Origin: an archaeon
Lineage (GTDB): Archaea; Nanobdellota; Nanobdellia; SCGC-AAA011-G17; GW2011-AR17
Reading direction: 5' to 3'
Assembly: GCA_018692925.1 (NCBI GenBank)
Contig: JABHLH010000013.1
Location: 7,206 to 71,205, forward strand
Length of the DNA stretch: 64,000 bases
Part shown: positions 15,822-25,118 of the stretch, piece by piece
How the letters are laid out: every line of letters starts with the position of its first letter
Position numbering within the stretch: the first letter of the stretch is position 1
Translations under genes and position numbers: made by a program
The notes under the pieces: generated by a model
What the model was told of the DNA's origin: nothing
Database searches by the model: none
What the model saw: the letters and a program-made list of their open reading frames with translations, nothing else

Positions 15822-16856
15822 CTATAACATTATTTTTCTTGGTTGATAAGTTTCACTAATAGCATTAATAATATTTAATGCACCAAGCAAACTATTTTCT
15901 TTAAAACAAATATCATCTCCAACCATAAAACGATCATAACCAATTTCTAATAAAAATCCTAAATCTGAAATATCTTGAGCTGAAGGAGTATAACCTCTTC
16001 TCAAAGAAGGCAAAATTCTTGATGCTACTATTGCTTCAGAATCAGCTTCAACAATATCTCTCATTGCATTCAAAATTAAATGTGGTCTTCTAACTTCAAC
16101 ATAAAGATCACCTCTTGCTGCCATTAATCTTAAACCACCAGCTAACTGAGCATAATCATTATTAACAAAACCTAAACCTTTCTCAGATTCTATCTTTGCT
16201 ACAACTTCTGCATTAGGATTAATTTCAAGAAGATCATTCAAATCTTCTGCCCCTTCAAAAAAAGACAACATAACTGTATTAACACCAACTTTTTTTCCTG
16301 CTTCAATATATTCTCTATCTAAATCAGTAAGATAACCTTTAATTTTCAAACTAGGATGCATAATATTTAATGACTCACCACCACCAACAAGTTTCTCTGG
16401 TCCATCTAACATAACTAATTCTCTTCCATTTCTAACTCCAACAATTAATGCCCTATCTAAACCATCATTCATATAACATTTTACAGGTTTACTTGTATCT
16501 AACTCAATTTCATGATCTAATTCTAAAACAGCCCAAGGTGGAGTTCTTAAATCACCATAAGCTTTAGGATTTGAAGGATCTAAAATAACTTTTTTTCCTT
16601 CAACTTCTATTACAGTAGGGTTTTTAGGTACATCAAAAAAACGTCCTCTTGATACTCTCAATTGTCTACATTTAAGATCTATCCACAAAGGTTTAGGTGC
16701 TGCAATTTCTTTTAATCTTCCTAATAAATTTTCTACATTCTCTCCATCTCTCAAAGGCATTACTGTATTCAATCTAAAACCTTCAACAACTGGATGATTT
16801 GCAATTTTTTCTAAAAAAGGTGCATACGGAGGAACAGTTACAATTACTCTTGCCAT
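15822..16856 (-). CDS. pyruvate-kinase-like protein (A+B domains only, diverged active-site residues)
   Basis: Collinear with PK. IVTVPP~IVCTIGP. EGFRLNTVMP~ARLNFSHG. IDLKCRQLRV~DTKGPEIR. A B-domain-like insert. VVAKIESEKG~KIE. MAARGDLYVEV~MVARGDLGVEI. IVASRILPSL~ATQMLESM. The protein ends where the PK C domain would begin. Confidence 0.7.
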   Translation of the reverse strand: MARVIVTVPPYAPFLEKIANHPVVEGFRLNTVMPLRDGENVENLLGRLKEIAAPKPLWIDLKCRQLRVSRGRFFDVPKNPTVIEVEGKKVILDPSNPKAYGDLRTPPWAVLELDHEIELDTSKPVKCYMNDGLDRALIVGVRNGRELVMLDGPEKLVGGGESLNIMHPSLKIKGYLTDLDREYIEAGKKVGVNTVMLSFFEGAEDLNDLLEINPNAEVVAKIESEKGLGFVNNDYAQLAGGLRLMAARGDLYVEVRRPHLILNAMRDIVEADSEAIVASRILPSLRRGYTPSAQDISDLGFLLEIGYDRFMVGDDICFKENSLLGALNIINAISETYQPRKIML

Positions 16857-16859
16857 TTT

Positions 16860-17867
16860 TTATACCACCAACTCCAAACTTGATTGTGATCTACCAAAAA
16901 TACTTTTTCTTAAAGTAGATATTTTTTTAACTAAATCAACTTTATCCCAAACAGGTCTCTTCAAAGGAACAGGATTTAAAAATTCATTAAAAAATTCTTG
17001 CATTGGTTTAGGAACACTATCTGGATACCAATGTGTAGCTGGATTACCACCTAAAGCATAAATCATAGTAACACCTAAGGAATATAAATCTGATTGTCTC
17101 AAAGGAGGTTTTAAACTTAAAATTTCAGGTGCTGCAAAAACTTCAGTATACCCTTCAGGCTTAACACCTTTTTTTGGTCTTAAAGTTGAAAAACCAAAAT
17201 CTACCAAAATAGCATTATGTTCTCTTGCTTTAATCATTATATTTGCTGGTTTTACATCTCCATGTACAATTCCATGATAATGCATATAATTTAAAGCATT
17301 AAGAAGTCTTTGAGTCATCCAAGCAGCGTGTTCAGGTTCTAAAACTTTTCCTTCAGTTCTTCTTTTTTCAACAATTTTATCTAAAGAAAATCCTTCCACA
17401 TAAGACATTGCTAAAACACAGCTTCCATCTTCAAGTCTAAAAAAAGATCTATATCCAGGTAAAGAATGATGATGAAGTCTACTTAATATTTCTGATTCTC
17501 TTTCCATAATTACAATATCATCTGAAGAGATATGAATATTTTGTTTCAAACAAGCCAATGCTCCTGAAGTAACTTCTCTCGCTTTGTAAGTTACACCAAA
17601 TCCACCTTCTCCAATTTGTTCTAAAACTTGATAATTACCAATTTGAGTTTCATTTTGCTTTCTCCATGCTTTATCATATGCAGCTCTATTAACAGGATCT
17701 AAAAGAACTTCTTTTGCTTTATTGAAAGAAACACCTTTAGAAAAACTACCACCAACATCCTCATGACCACCATTTAACATATGTGCTCTATAAGCTGCTT
17801 TAACAACAAAATCTGGAGCTTTAGGATCAACCCCTAACAATTGATATAAATTTTTTAGATTACTCAT
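16860..17867 (-). CDS. Hanks-type Ser/Thr protein kinase with an N-terminal degenerate J-domain
   Basis: J-like: LYQLLGVDPKAPDFVVKAAYRAHMLNGGHED...LLDPVNRAAYDKAW, with HED in place of HPD. Kinase motifs: IGEGGFGVTYKA, ACLK, HGIVHGDVKPANIM, VDFGFS, AAPE. Confidence 0.85.
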   Translation of the reverse strand: MSNLKNLYQLLGVDPKAPDFVVKAAYRAHMLNGGHEDVGGSFSKGVSFNKAKEVLLDPVNRAAYDKAWRKQNETQIGNYQVLEQIGEGGFGVTYKAREVTSGALACLKQNIHISSDDIVIMERESEILSRLHHHSLPGYRSFFRLEDGSCVLAMSYVEGFSLDKIVEKRRTEGKVLEPEHAAWMTQRLLNALNYMHYHGIVHGDVKPANIMIKAREHNAILVDFGFSTLRPKKGVKPEGYTEVFAAPEILSLKPPLRQSDLYSLGVTMIYALGGNPATHWYPDSVPKPMQEFFNEFLNPVPLKRPVWDKVDLVKKISTLRKSIFGRSQSSLELVV

Positions 17868-17926
17868 ATAAAAAAAGATTCAAATTAACTATATATAAAA
17901 CTTACGAATCTATATAAAAAAAAAAA

Positions 17927-18562
17927 TTATTTCTCAAATTTGACACTTTTAACTTCTTTTACCCTTTTCTTCACTTGTTCTTCAACTGCTCCATGCAATT
18001 GATCAGGTAAAGCTAATTTTACACTAACATTTCCTTCATTTTCTTTAACATCTAACTCTTTTAAATTCAAACTCAATTTTAGAAAACTTTCAACCTTTTC
18101 TTTAATATCAGTAACTTCTCTTTTCATTAAAACTTCATAATGCACATTTTTTCCAGCTAAAGCATGATTAAAATCTACCATAACTCTTCCACCAGAAACA
18201 ATTTTTATAATACCAACCATATTATCAATATTTAATCTTAAACCAGGAACAGGATTAATTTTTTGCTCTTTAAATTTACTTACAGGAACCATTTGGATTA
18301 AATCAGCTTCTTTTTTTCCAAAAGCTTCTTCTGCTTTCAAATCAACTTTTAACTTTTCACCAATCTCTTTATCTATCAAAAAATTATCTAATCCAGGAAC
18401 TAAATCTTTTTCACCTAAACAAGCAATTGTTTTTGGTGCTAAAGCTTTCTGATCTAAATTTTCTTTTTCAGCAACTTCTCTATCATTCAAATCAAAGATA
18501 TGTCCATCATCTAATCTGCCAGTATAAACAACTTCTACAAAATCACCTTTCTTAGCTTTCAT
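17927..18562 (-). CDS. FKBP-type peptidyl-prolyl cis-trans isomerase (long archaeal/SlyD-like form)
   Basis: KKGDFVEVVYTGRLDDGHIFD...VPGLDNFLIDKEIGEK...FNHALAGKNVHYEV. Confidence 0.85.
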   Translation of the reverse strand: MKAKKGDFVEVVYTGRLDDGHIFDLNDREVAEKENLDQKALAPKTIACLGEKDLVPGLDNFLIDKEIGEKLKVDLKAEEAFGKKEADLIQMVPVSKFKEQKINPVPGLRLNIDNMVGIIKIVSGGRVMVDFNHALAGKNVHYEVLMKREVTDIKEKVESFLKLSLNLKELDVKENEGNVSVKLALPDQLHGAVEEQVKKRVKEVKSVKFEK

Positions 18563-18597
18563 AGAATAAGAATTAAATTATTAGTATATAAAACTTA

Positions 18598-18972
18598 TTA
18601 TTGTAATTCAAGATGATCAAACAAATATCCTAATAATCTTTTAGCATCTTCAGAAAAATCACTAATTGCATCCTGATTTTTTGCTAAAGCCTCTAAACCA
18701 CTTAATTCCCTACCTCTTGATTTTTGACCTGTAGTTATAGAGTAAATCCCATTACCATTATCTTGTTCAGAAATAGAACAATCATTAAGAAAAGGATTAC
18801 CTAATTCTCTAACACATAATCTTGTATAAGGCAGATCACCCATTTGATGAATGGAATAAGAAATTTGTAATTGAAAAAATCCATCCTTATGTAATTCTAA
18901 AGGAACTTCAATTCTCATTACATATTTTTCTTGCAATGTTCTTTGCTTTTTTAAACATGATACACTTGACAT
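18598..18972 (-). CDS. hypothetical protein
   Basis: Track ORF only; no motif recognised. The true start may be the internal MRIEVPLE. Confidence 0.4.
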   Translation of the reverse strand: MSSVSCLKKQRTLQEKYVMRIEVPLELHKDGFFQLQISYSIHQMGDLPYTRLCVRELGNPFLNDCSISEQDNGNGIYSITTGQKSRGRELSGLEALAKNQDAISDFSEDAKRLLGYLFDHLELQ

Positions 18973-19058
18973 AATTCTCCATTTTTTAACCTCTATTTAA
19001 ATAACTTCCGATTATAAAACAATAATCAATATAAAAGCATTTAACAAAATTTTAGAAG

Positions 19059-19283
19059 ATGTGGAGAGATAATTTAGATCCAAAAATAAAAGAACACTTT
19101 GAAGCCTTTATCAAAGAAGTTTCAAAAGAAAAATCTCTTTACAAAGAATCTTCTAAAGCTCAACTTTGGATAGCAATTGCAATTCTAAATAAAAAAGTTT
19201 CAGACTTAGAATTAAAAATCAAATCCTTAGAGAAAAAAAACAAACCAAATAAAAAATTAAAAAAAGATTTAGAAAAGTTCTAA
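19059..19283 (+). CDS. small coiled-coil hypothetical protein
   Basis: K/E-rich 74-aa ORF; 4-nt convergent overlap with the next gene. Confidence 0.35.
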   Translation: MWRDNLDPKIKEHFEAFIKEVSKEKSLYKESSKAQLWIAIAILNKKVSDLELKIKSLEKKNKPNKKLKKDLEKF

Positions 19284-20047
19284 AATAAATAACTCACAGC
19301 AACACAAAATCCTCTTTGCCCTCTAGGAGTCCGAGAATAATTTCTACCAGCTCTCATAGGACTTAATTTAACTGCTTGGATTTCGCCATAAGCCTTTGAA
19401 ATATTTTTAGCATCTACTTTTACTTGTTCTTCAAGCCTTGCTCTAAAAACACCTTGAACTAATTCATATGACCAATTGGCTTTTCCTTCAAATCTTACTT
19501 CATCACCACTAGGTCTACTTTCATAAATTCTAACTTGAACATCTTTTCCAAATGGATCTTTTTTAATATTAAAATTCACTCCAGTTTCAAGATCATATCC
19601 AAATGCTCTATCTTTTGAAAAAACACCATCTTCTAAAAAACTAGAACTTCCTTCAAAACCTTTACTCAAAAATTGAACACCTAGTCTATATACTATAAAA
19701 CCCCTATCTTGATTTCTTCTAATTGAGGTATTAACAATTGAAAAAGGACTAATTACAACTGAATCTACAAAGGGAGCAACATTAAATTTTAAACTATCAG
19801 CAGCATCCTTCAACATAATTTCCCTAAATTTTTCATCAAAGAAAGATTTATTTCTTGCATGTCTATAAGGAACAGCTCTTAGATCCATTAATTTTTCTAC
19901 ATAAACAGGTTTACTTACAACTACAAAATCACCCTCATTTTTATTTTCATTTAATAATAATTCAACAACCCCACCAGTTTTAACCATATCATATCTTGGA
20001 TTCCGACCCATAAATCTTCTAAAACCTTCTAAAATTAAATCTACCAT
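19280..20047 (-). CDS. hypothetical protein (255 aa)
   Basis: Long ORF of normal composition; no motif recognised. Confidence 0.5.
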   Translation of the reverse strand: MVDLILEGFRRFMGRNPRYDMVKTGGVVELLLNENKNEGDFVVVSKPVYVEKLMDLRAVPYRHARNKSFFDEKFREIMLKDAADSLKFNVAPFVDSVVISPFSIVNTSIRRNQDRGFIVYRLGVQFLSKGFEGSSSFLEDGVFSKDRAFGYDLETGVNFNIKKDPFGKDVQVRIYESRPSGDEVRFEGKANWSYELVQGVFRARLEEQVKVDAKNISKAYGEIQAVKLSPMRAGRNYSRTPRGQRGFCVAVSYLF

Positions 20048-20111
20048 AAAAACAAAAATCTTCTTTTTCTTTATATATCTTATTACTTTTCTTTCCTATT
20101 ACATCAAAAGG

Positions 20112-20119
20112 TTTATAAA
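20112..20119 (+). promoter_or_regulatory. TATA box (aaaggTTTATAAAgc) 23 nt upstream of the aIF-5A ATG
   Basis: Consensus archaeal TATA; the spacing implies a leaderless mRNA. Confidence 0.5.
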
Positions 20120-20141
20120 GCTCTTAAATTTTTTACATTCT

Positions 20142-20537
20142 ATGGGAGAAGTTAAGCAAATTCACGCAACAGATGCAAAACCAGGAAGATATGTAGTCTT
20201 TGATGGTAAAGCATGTGTAGTAAAAAATCTTGATATTTCAAGACCAGGAAAACACGGACATGCAAAATGTCGTATTGAAGCTGTTTCCTTAATTGATGGG
20301 AAGAAAACAGTAAAACTTATGCCTGGACATGATAAATTAGATTCACCAATTATAGGTAAAAAAACAGCACAAATACTTTCAGTTACTGGAGACAAAGCAA
20401 ATGTAATGGATATGGAAACATATGAAACATTTGATTTAGAAATTCCAAGTGAATTAAAAGAGAAAGTTAAAGAAGGTGTAACTGTACTTTATTGGATTAT
20501 ACTTGAAGATAAAGTTATGAAGGAAGTTAGAGATTAA
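20142..20537 (+). CDS. eif5a: translation initiation factor aIF-5A
   Basis: Hypusination loop SRPGKHGHAKCRIEA; size 131 aa. Confidence 0.95.
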   Translation: MGEVKQIHATDAKPGRYVVFDGKACVVKNLDISRPGKHGHAKCRIEAVSLIDGKKTVKLMPGHDKLDSPIIGKKTAQILSVTGDKANVMDMETYETFDLEIPSELKEKVKEGVTVLYWIILEDKVMKEVRD

Positions 20538-20539
20538 AA

Positions 20540-20704
20540 ATGGCAAGATTCGATGCAACTATGGGTAGACTTTTCAAAAGAGTCTTTGTATGTAAGAAGT
20601 GTAAAGCAAAAATCAGAACTGATATTATGAGAGTACTTTCTGGTAAAGTAAAATGTAGAAAGTGTAACGCTAAAGCATTTAGACCTATCAAAAGTAAAAA
20701 ATAA
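20540..20704 (+). CDS. rpl40e: ribosomal protein L40e (54 aa, below track cut-off)
   Basis: Hand translation: MARFDATMGRLFKRVFVCKKCKAKIRTDIMRVLSGKVKCRKCNAKAFRPIKSKK. It has the MARF start and CxxC...CxxC typical of archaeal L40e, and starts 2 nt after the aIF-5A stop. Confidence 0.8.
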   Translation: MARFDATMGRLFKRVFVCKKCKAKIRTDIMRVLSGKVKCRKCNAKAFRPIKSKK

Positions 20705-20720
20705 AAGAGGATTTTAAAAG

Positions 20721-21926
20721 GTGGTGAACTGGGACTTAATTTCAATTATAATATTTTATTCTATTATTTTAATCTTCTATTTCACTCATAAAAATAAATT
20801 TATTGTTCAAGCAAAAATATTTGCACTCTATAAAACTAAGCTAGGATTAAAAACTATGGAAAAGATAGCAAATGCTTTCCCAAGATTTTTAAAATATTTA
20901 TCTTACACTGGAATTGGTGTAGGTTTTATGGGAATGGTTTTTATGCTCTATATATTAGTTAAAGAAACTTTAGCTTTAATTTTTATTCCTGGAACTCAAC
21001 CTGCAATTGCACCTGTTCTTCCTGGGATTGATATTCCTGGAGCACCTGCACTTTCTTTTTGGCATTGGGTTATTGCAATTTTCATAACTGCTGTTATTCA
21101 CGAATTTTCTCATGGAGTTATTGCTAAATTACATAAAGTTAAAGTTAAAAGTTCTGGCTTTGCATTTATGGGACCTATACTAGCAGCTTTTGTAGAACCT
21201 AATGAAAAAACTTTAGCTAAAAAAACACCAGCTCAACAACTTTCAATTTTTGCAGCAGGACCTTTTTCAAATATACTTCTAGGTATTTTGATATTATTAT
21301 TTTCATTATTCATCTTTTCACCTTTAGTCTCAGATATTTATGATGGACAAGGAATTACTGTTAATGAATTAATGGAAGATTACCCTGTATATGAATTAGA
21401 TGTAGAAACCCCTTTTACTATTACTGAAATTAATGGAGAAGAAACTTTAGATGCTTTATCTTTTTCTGAAGTTGTACTCACTTTAAAGCCTGGAGAAGAA
21501 GTCACTTTTACAACAGACCAAGGTGATATATTAGTTACTCCAGCAGAACATCCTGAAAATTCTTCAATAGCTTTCTTTGGAATTTCAGGTTTAGAACAAG
21601 AACAAGAATTAAAAGAAAATTATTCTTATTTAGCACCATTTGAAAATACTATCTCTTGGTTTGCACTATTATTATTATGGTTATTCATAATTAACATAGG
21701 TATTGGTTTATTCAATTTATTACCTTTAGGTCCAGTTGATGGTGGAAGAATGTTATACACAGCTTCATTATTTTTCTTCAAAGATGAAATCAAAGCTAAA
21801 AAATTATTAACAATAGTTTCATTTTTTGTACTTGCAATAATTATAATAAATATGATCCCTTGGTTAAGTAAATTCTTTGTTTGGATTTGGAGCATTTCAA
21901 CTTTAATTTTAGCTTTATTTATTTAG
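20721..21926 (+). CDS. site-2 protease (M50 family) with a PDZ-like insert
   Basis: HEFSHG (HExxH) in a TM helix, the second motif NLLPLGPVDGG, and multiple TM segments. GTG start per the track. Confidence 0.85.
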   Translation: MVNWDLISIIIFYSIILIFYFTHKNKFIVQAKIFALYKTKLGLKTMEKIANAFPRFLKYLSYTGIGVGFMGMVFMLYILVKETLALIFIPGTQPAIAPVLPGIDIPGAPALSFWHWVIAIFITAVIHEFSHGVIAKLHKVKVKSSGFAFMGPILAAFVEPNEKTLAKKTPAQQLSIFAAGPFSNILLGILILLFSLFIFSPLVSDIYDGQGITVNELMEDYPVYELDVETPFTITEINGEETLDALSFSEVVLTLKPGEEVTFTTDQGDILVTPAEHPENSSIAFFGISGLEQEQELKENYSYLAPFENTISWFALLLLWLFIINIGIGLFNLLPLGPVDGGRMLYTASLFFFKDEIKAKKLLTIVSFFVLAIIIINMIPWLSKFFVWIWSISTLILALFI

Positions 21927-22811
21927 AACAACAATCCTTCTTGTCAACGAAGCATGAACATAATCTTCAGTTTCAAACATAACTTTATACTTTGTTTTTA
22001 CTTCTAAATTATTAGGAATCATCAAAACAACTGTATCTACAAACTCATATACATTTTTTAAAAAATCTTCATACAAATTTTCTATAACTACTTTTTTCAA
22101 AGAAGCTCTTCTCCCATATGGAGGATCGGTAACAATTGCATCACATTCAACTTTTGCTTTTCTAGAATCTTTGACTTCTAACTTACAATCAATATTGTAC
22201 TTCTTAAAATTATCCTTAGCAGCTCTAATCATCAATTCATCAACATCACTTCCTTCAACTTCTAAACCAACTAAAGCAGCTTCAATTAAAATTCCACCAG
22301 TTCCACAAAAAGGATCCCAAATTTTCCCTTTCTTAACTCCAGCTAAATTAACTAAAGCTCTTGCCAACTTAGGCTTCAAAGATACAGGAAAAAAACCAGG
22401 TCTTAAATCAGGTCTTCTCAAATGAAACTTTTCTTCTCTCTGATAAATTTTTCTCCCACAAATAATTTTATCCTGAACATAAAAAAAATGAAACTCGCTT
22501 TTACTTCCTCTCAATTTTACTTTAGGTTCTTTTAAAGAATTCCAAACTATTTTCGCCAACTCTTTTTCTTTACTTGTAATATTACACCTAATACAAAAAT
22601 CTCCGGTATAATATTTTTCCCAATCAATATCCTCAATTTTATCAGAAACAAAAATATTTTCAAAAACATTATTTGTAAAAGCTAATCTTTTATAATCAAC
22701 TCCCTCACAAATTAAAAAATTTTTAATGATCTCAAATTCTTTATTTACACAAAGAGCTAAAACTTCTTCTCTTGCTAAATCTACATTTTCCTTGGATAAT
22801 TCATATATCAT
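21915..22811 (-). CDS. THUMP-domain tRNA (guanine-N2)-methyltransferase, Trm11/TrmG10-like
   Basis: SAM motif I WDPFCGTGGILIEAALVG and motif IV TDPPYG, preceded by an ~150-aa THUMP-like N-domain. Confidence 0.75.
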   Translation of the reverse strand: MIYELSKENVDLAREEVLALCVNKEFEIIKNFLICEGVDYKRLAFTNNVFENIFVSDKIEDIDWEKYYTGDFCIRCNITSKEKELAKIVWNSLKEPKVKLRGSKSEFHFFYVQDKIICGRKIYQREEKFHLRRPDLRPGFFPVSLKPKLARALVNLAGVKKGKIWDPFCGTGGILIEAALVGLEVEGSDVDELMIRAAKDNFKKYNIDCKLEVKDSRKAKVECDAIVTDPPYGRRASLKKVVIENLYEDFLKNVYEFVDTVVLMIPNNLEVKTKYKVMFETEDYVHASLTRRIVVLNK

Positions 22812-23473
22812 TTTATTTTCTTCATAAAACCAAATAAGATTGTAATCTCTCTCTTAGTTAAATTTCTTTTCCCTATTAACTTTTTCCACACTGTTCTTTG
22901 TGTGTTTTTTTTCTCTTCATCAATAAAATCCATTTCATTCAACTTTTCATCTAACAATTTCATAAAACTATCTTTCTCTTCTCTTGAAGCATAGCTTGTA
23001 TCATTTCCAACTCTATTTTCAGAAGTTTTAAACAGTTCATACATTATAATTCCTGCAGCATGTGAAACATTCAAAGCAGAATAATCTTTAGAAGAAGGAA
23101 TACAAACAATAATATCACACATCTCTAAATCTTCATTACTCATCCCATCACCTTCTCTTCCAATCATCAAAGCAACTTTTCCTTTCAAATCCATTTTACT
23201 TAATTCTTCAGGACTAATTGCACATCTCCTTGGACTATAAGTCATCCCAACAATAGAACTAGTTCCAATAATAGTATCATAATTTAATTTATCAACAACC
23301 TTTGCACTTTCTAAAACATCTCTTGCATTTGTACTTCTATGAATAGCTTCATCTTCCAAATGATTACATTTAGGATTCAACAAAACTAAATCCTTAAAAC
23401 CAAAGTTTTTCATAACTCTAGCTAAAGCACCTATATTCCCTGGAGTCTTAAATTCTTGCGCAACAATATCCAT
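22808..23473 (-). CDS. SpoU/TrmH-family RNA 2'-O-methyltransferase (TrmJ-like)
   Basis: PGNIGALARVMKNFGFKDLVLLNP, LMIGREGDGMSNEDL, LNVSHAAGIIMYE (SPOUT knot motifs). ATGA overlap with the downstream gene. Confidence 0.78.
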   Translation of the reverse strand: MDIVAQEFKTPGNIGALARVMKNFGFKDLVLLNPKCNHLEDEAIHRSTNARDVLESAKVVDKLNYDTIIGTSSIVGMTYSPRRCAISPEELSKMDLKGKVALMIGREGDGMSNEDLEMCDIIVCIPSSKDYSALNVSHAAGIIMYELFKTSENRVGNDTSYASREEKDSFMKLLDEKLNEMDFIDEEKKNTQRTVWKKLIGKRNLTKREITILFGFMKKIK

Positions 23474-23552
23474 AAAGAAAAAGTAAAATAAGTTATTTAT
23501 AAAAGCTTCCCAAACAACAAATATTATAAACTTCTAATAAAATATTATTTGG

Positions 23553-25118
23553 ATGGAGAAAAAAGTATTAATCTGGCCAGATGTAGTTGTTAAAAAAATT
23601 ATTGCTGAAAAAGGTGATAAAAAGAAATATGTTTGTGCAGCTGGAATTACTCCATCAGGAACAGTACACATAGGAAATTTTAGAGAAATTATGACAGTAG
23701 AATTAGTTGTAAGAGCTTTAAGAGAGGCTGGCAAGGAAGTTAGATTTATTTATTCTTGGGATGATTATGATGTATTTAGAAAGGTTCCAAAAAATATGCC
23801 TAAACAAGAAATGTTAGAAAAACATCTAAGACATCCAATTGTTGACATTCCAGATCCATATGACAAAGAAGATAGTTATGCACGACATCATGAAATTGAA
23901 GTAGAAGAAGATGTTATCAGAGTTGGAATTAAACCAGAATATTTATACCAATCAAAAAAATATAGAAATAAAGAATATGTTGAAGGTATGATAAAAGCAT
24001 TACAAAATAAAGATAAAATTAAAGAAATTCTTGATAATTATAGAACAGAAGCTCTTTCAGAAGATTGGTTACCAATTTCAGGTTATTGTCCAGATTGTAA
24101 TACGGATGAAGTTACATTTTCAGATTATGATGGAGATTCAAAAATAAAAATGCTTTGTACATCTTGTAAAAAAGAATTTGATACTGATATTAAAAAAGCT
24201 TCTTACATAAAATTACCATGGAGAGTAGATTGGCCAATGAGGTGGGCTCATGAACAAGTTGACTTTGAACCAGGTGGTAAAGATCATTCAACACATGGTG
24301 GATCATTCATGACTGGTAAAGAGATTGTTAAAGAGGTTTACAATTGGACTGCTCCAACATACCAAAGATATGACTTCATCGGGATAAAAGGAGGAAGTGG
24401 AAAAATTTCTTCTTCAACAGGAAATGTAATTACTCTTGGTAGTTGTTTAGAAATTTATGAACCAGTAATTGTTAGATGGTTATTTGTTGGAACAAGGCCT
24501 AATGCTGAATTTTCAATTTCATTCGACACAGATGTAATAAAAATCTACGAAGATTTCGATAGAGTTGAAAGAGCTTATTTTGGAAAAGAAAAAATTAAAG
24601 ATTTAGAAAAACAAAAAAGAATCTATCAACTAAGTTGTGTAAACAAACCTTCAAAAAAATTACCTTTCCAACCATCATTTAGACATTTAACCAATTTTTT
24701 ACAAATAAATGAAATGGACATTGAAAAAACAATAGCATCATATCCAGAAGCAAAAACAAAAGCTGACAAAGATAGAATTAAGTTAAGAGCGACATGTGCA
24801 AAGAACTGGTTAGAAAATCATGCACCTGAAGAATTTAAATTCACAATACAAAATGAAGTTTCAAAAGAATTAAAATTATCAAAAGAAATGAAAGAAATAT
24901 TCAAACAGCTTTCAAAAGATCTAAAAGAAAAAGAATGGACAGATAAAGAATTACACAACCATTTCTATACTTTAGTAAAAGCTAATGAAGTTCCTACAGC
25001 AGAATTTTTCAAAGCAGCTTATCAAATATTAGTAAACAAAGAAAAAGGACCACAATTAGCACATTTTATTTTAATAATTGGTAAAGAAAGAGTTGCAGAA
25101 TTATTTGATAAAATTTAA
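23553..25118 (+). CDS. lysK: lysyl-tRNA synthetase, class I
   Basis: ITPSGTVHIGNFRE (HIGH-like) and GKISSSTGN (KMSKS-like); 521 aa, typical of class I LysRS. Confidence 0.92.
   Translation: MEKKVLIWPDVVVKKIIAEKGDKKKYVCAAGITPSGTVHIGNFREIMTVELVVRALREAGKEVRFIYSWDDYDVFRKVPKNMPKQEMLEKHLRHPIVDIPDPYDKEDSYARHHEIEVEEDVIRVGIKPEYLYQSKKYRNKEYVEGMIKALQNKDKIKEILDNYRTEALSEDWLPISGYCPDCNTDEVTFSDYDGDSKIKMLCTSCKKEFDTDIKKASYIKLPWRVDWPMRWAHEQVDFEPGGKDHSTHGGSFMTGKEIVKEVYNWTAPTYQRYDFIGIKGGSGKISSSTGNVITLGSCLEIYEPVIVRWLFVGTRPNAEFSISFDTDVIKIYEDFDRVERAYFGKEKIKDLEKQKRIYQLSCVNKPSKKLPFQPSFRHLTNFLQINEMDIEKTIASYPEAKTKADKDRIKLRATCAKNWLENHAPEEFKFTIQNEVSKELKLSKEMKEIFKQLSKDLKEKEWTDKELHNHFYTLVKANEVPTAEFFKAAYQILVNKEKGPQLAHFILIIGKERVAELFDKI

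Noticed and set aside
20527-20745. 72-aa minus-strand track ORF
   Set aside because: It lies antisense across the hand-identified L40e gene (20540..20704) and the S2P start. L40e is recognisable by sequence; this ORF is not.
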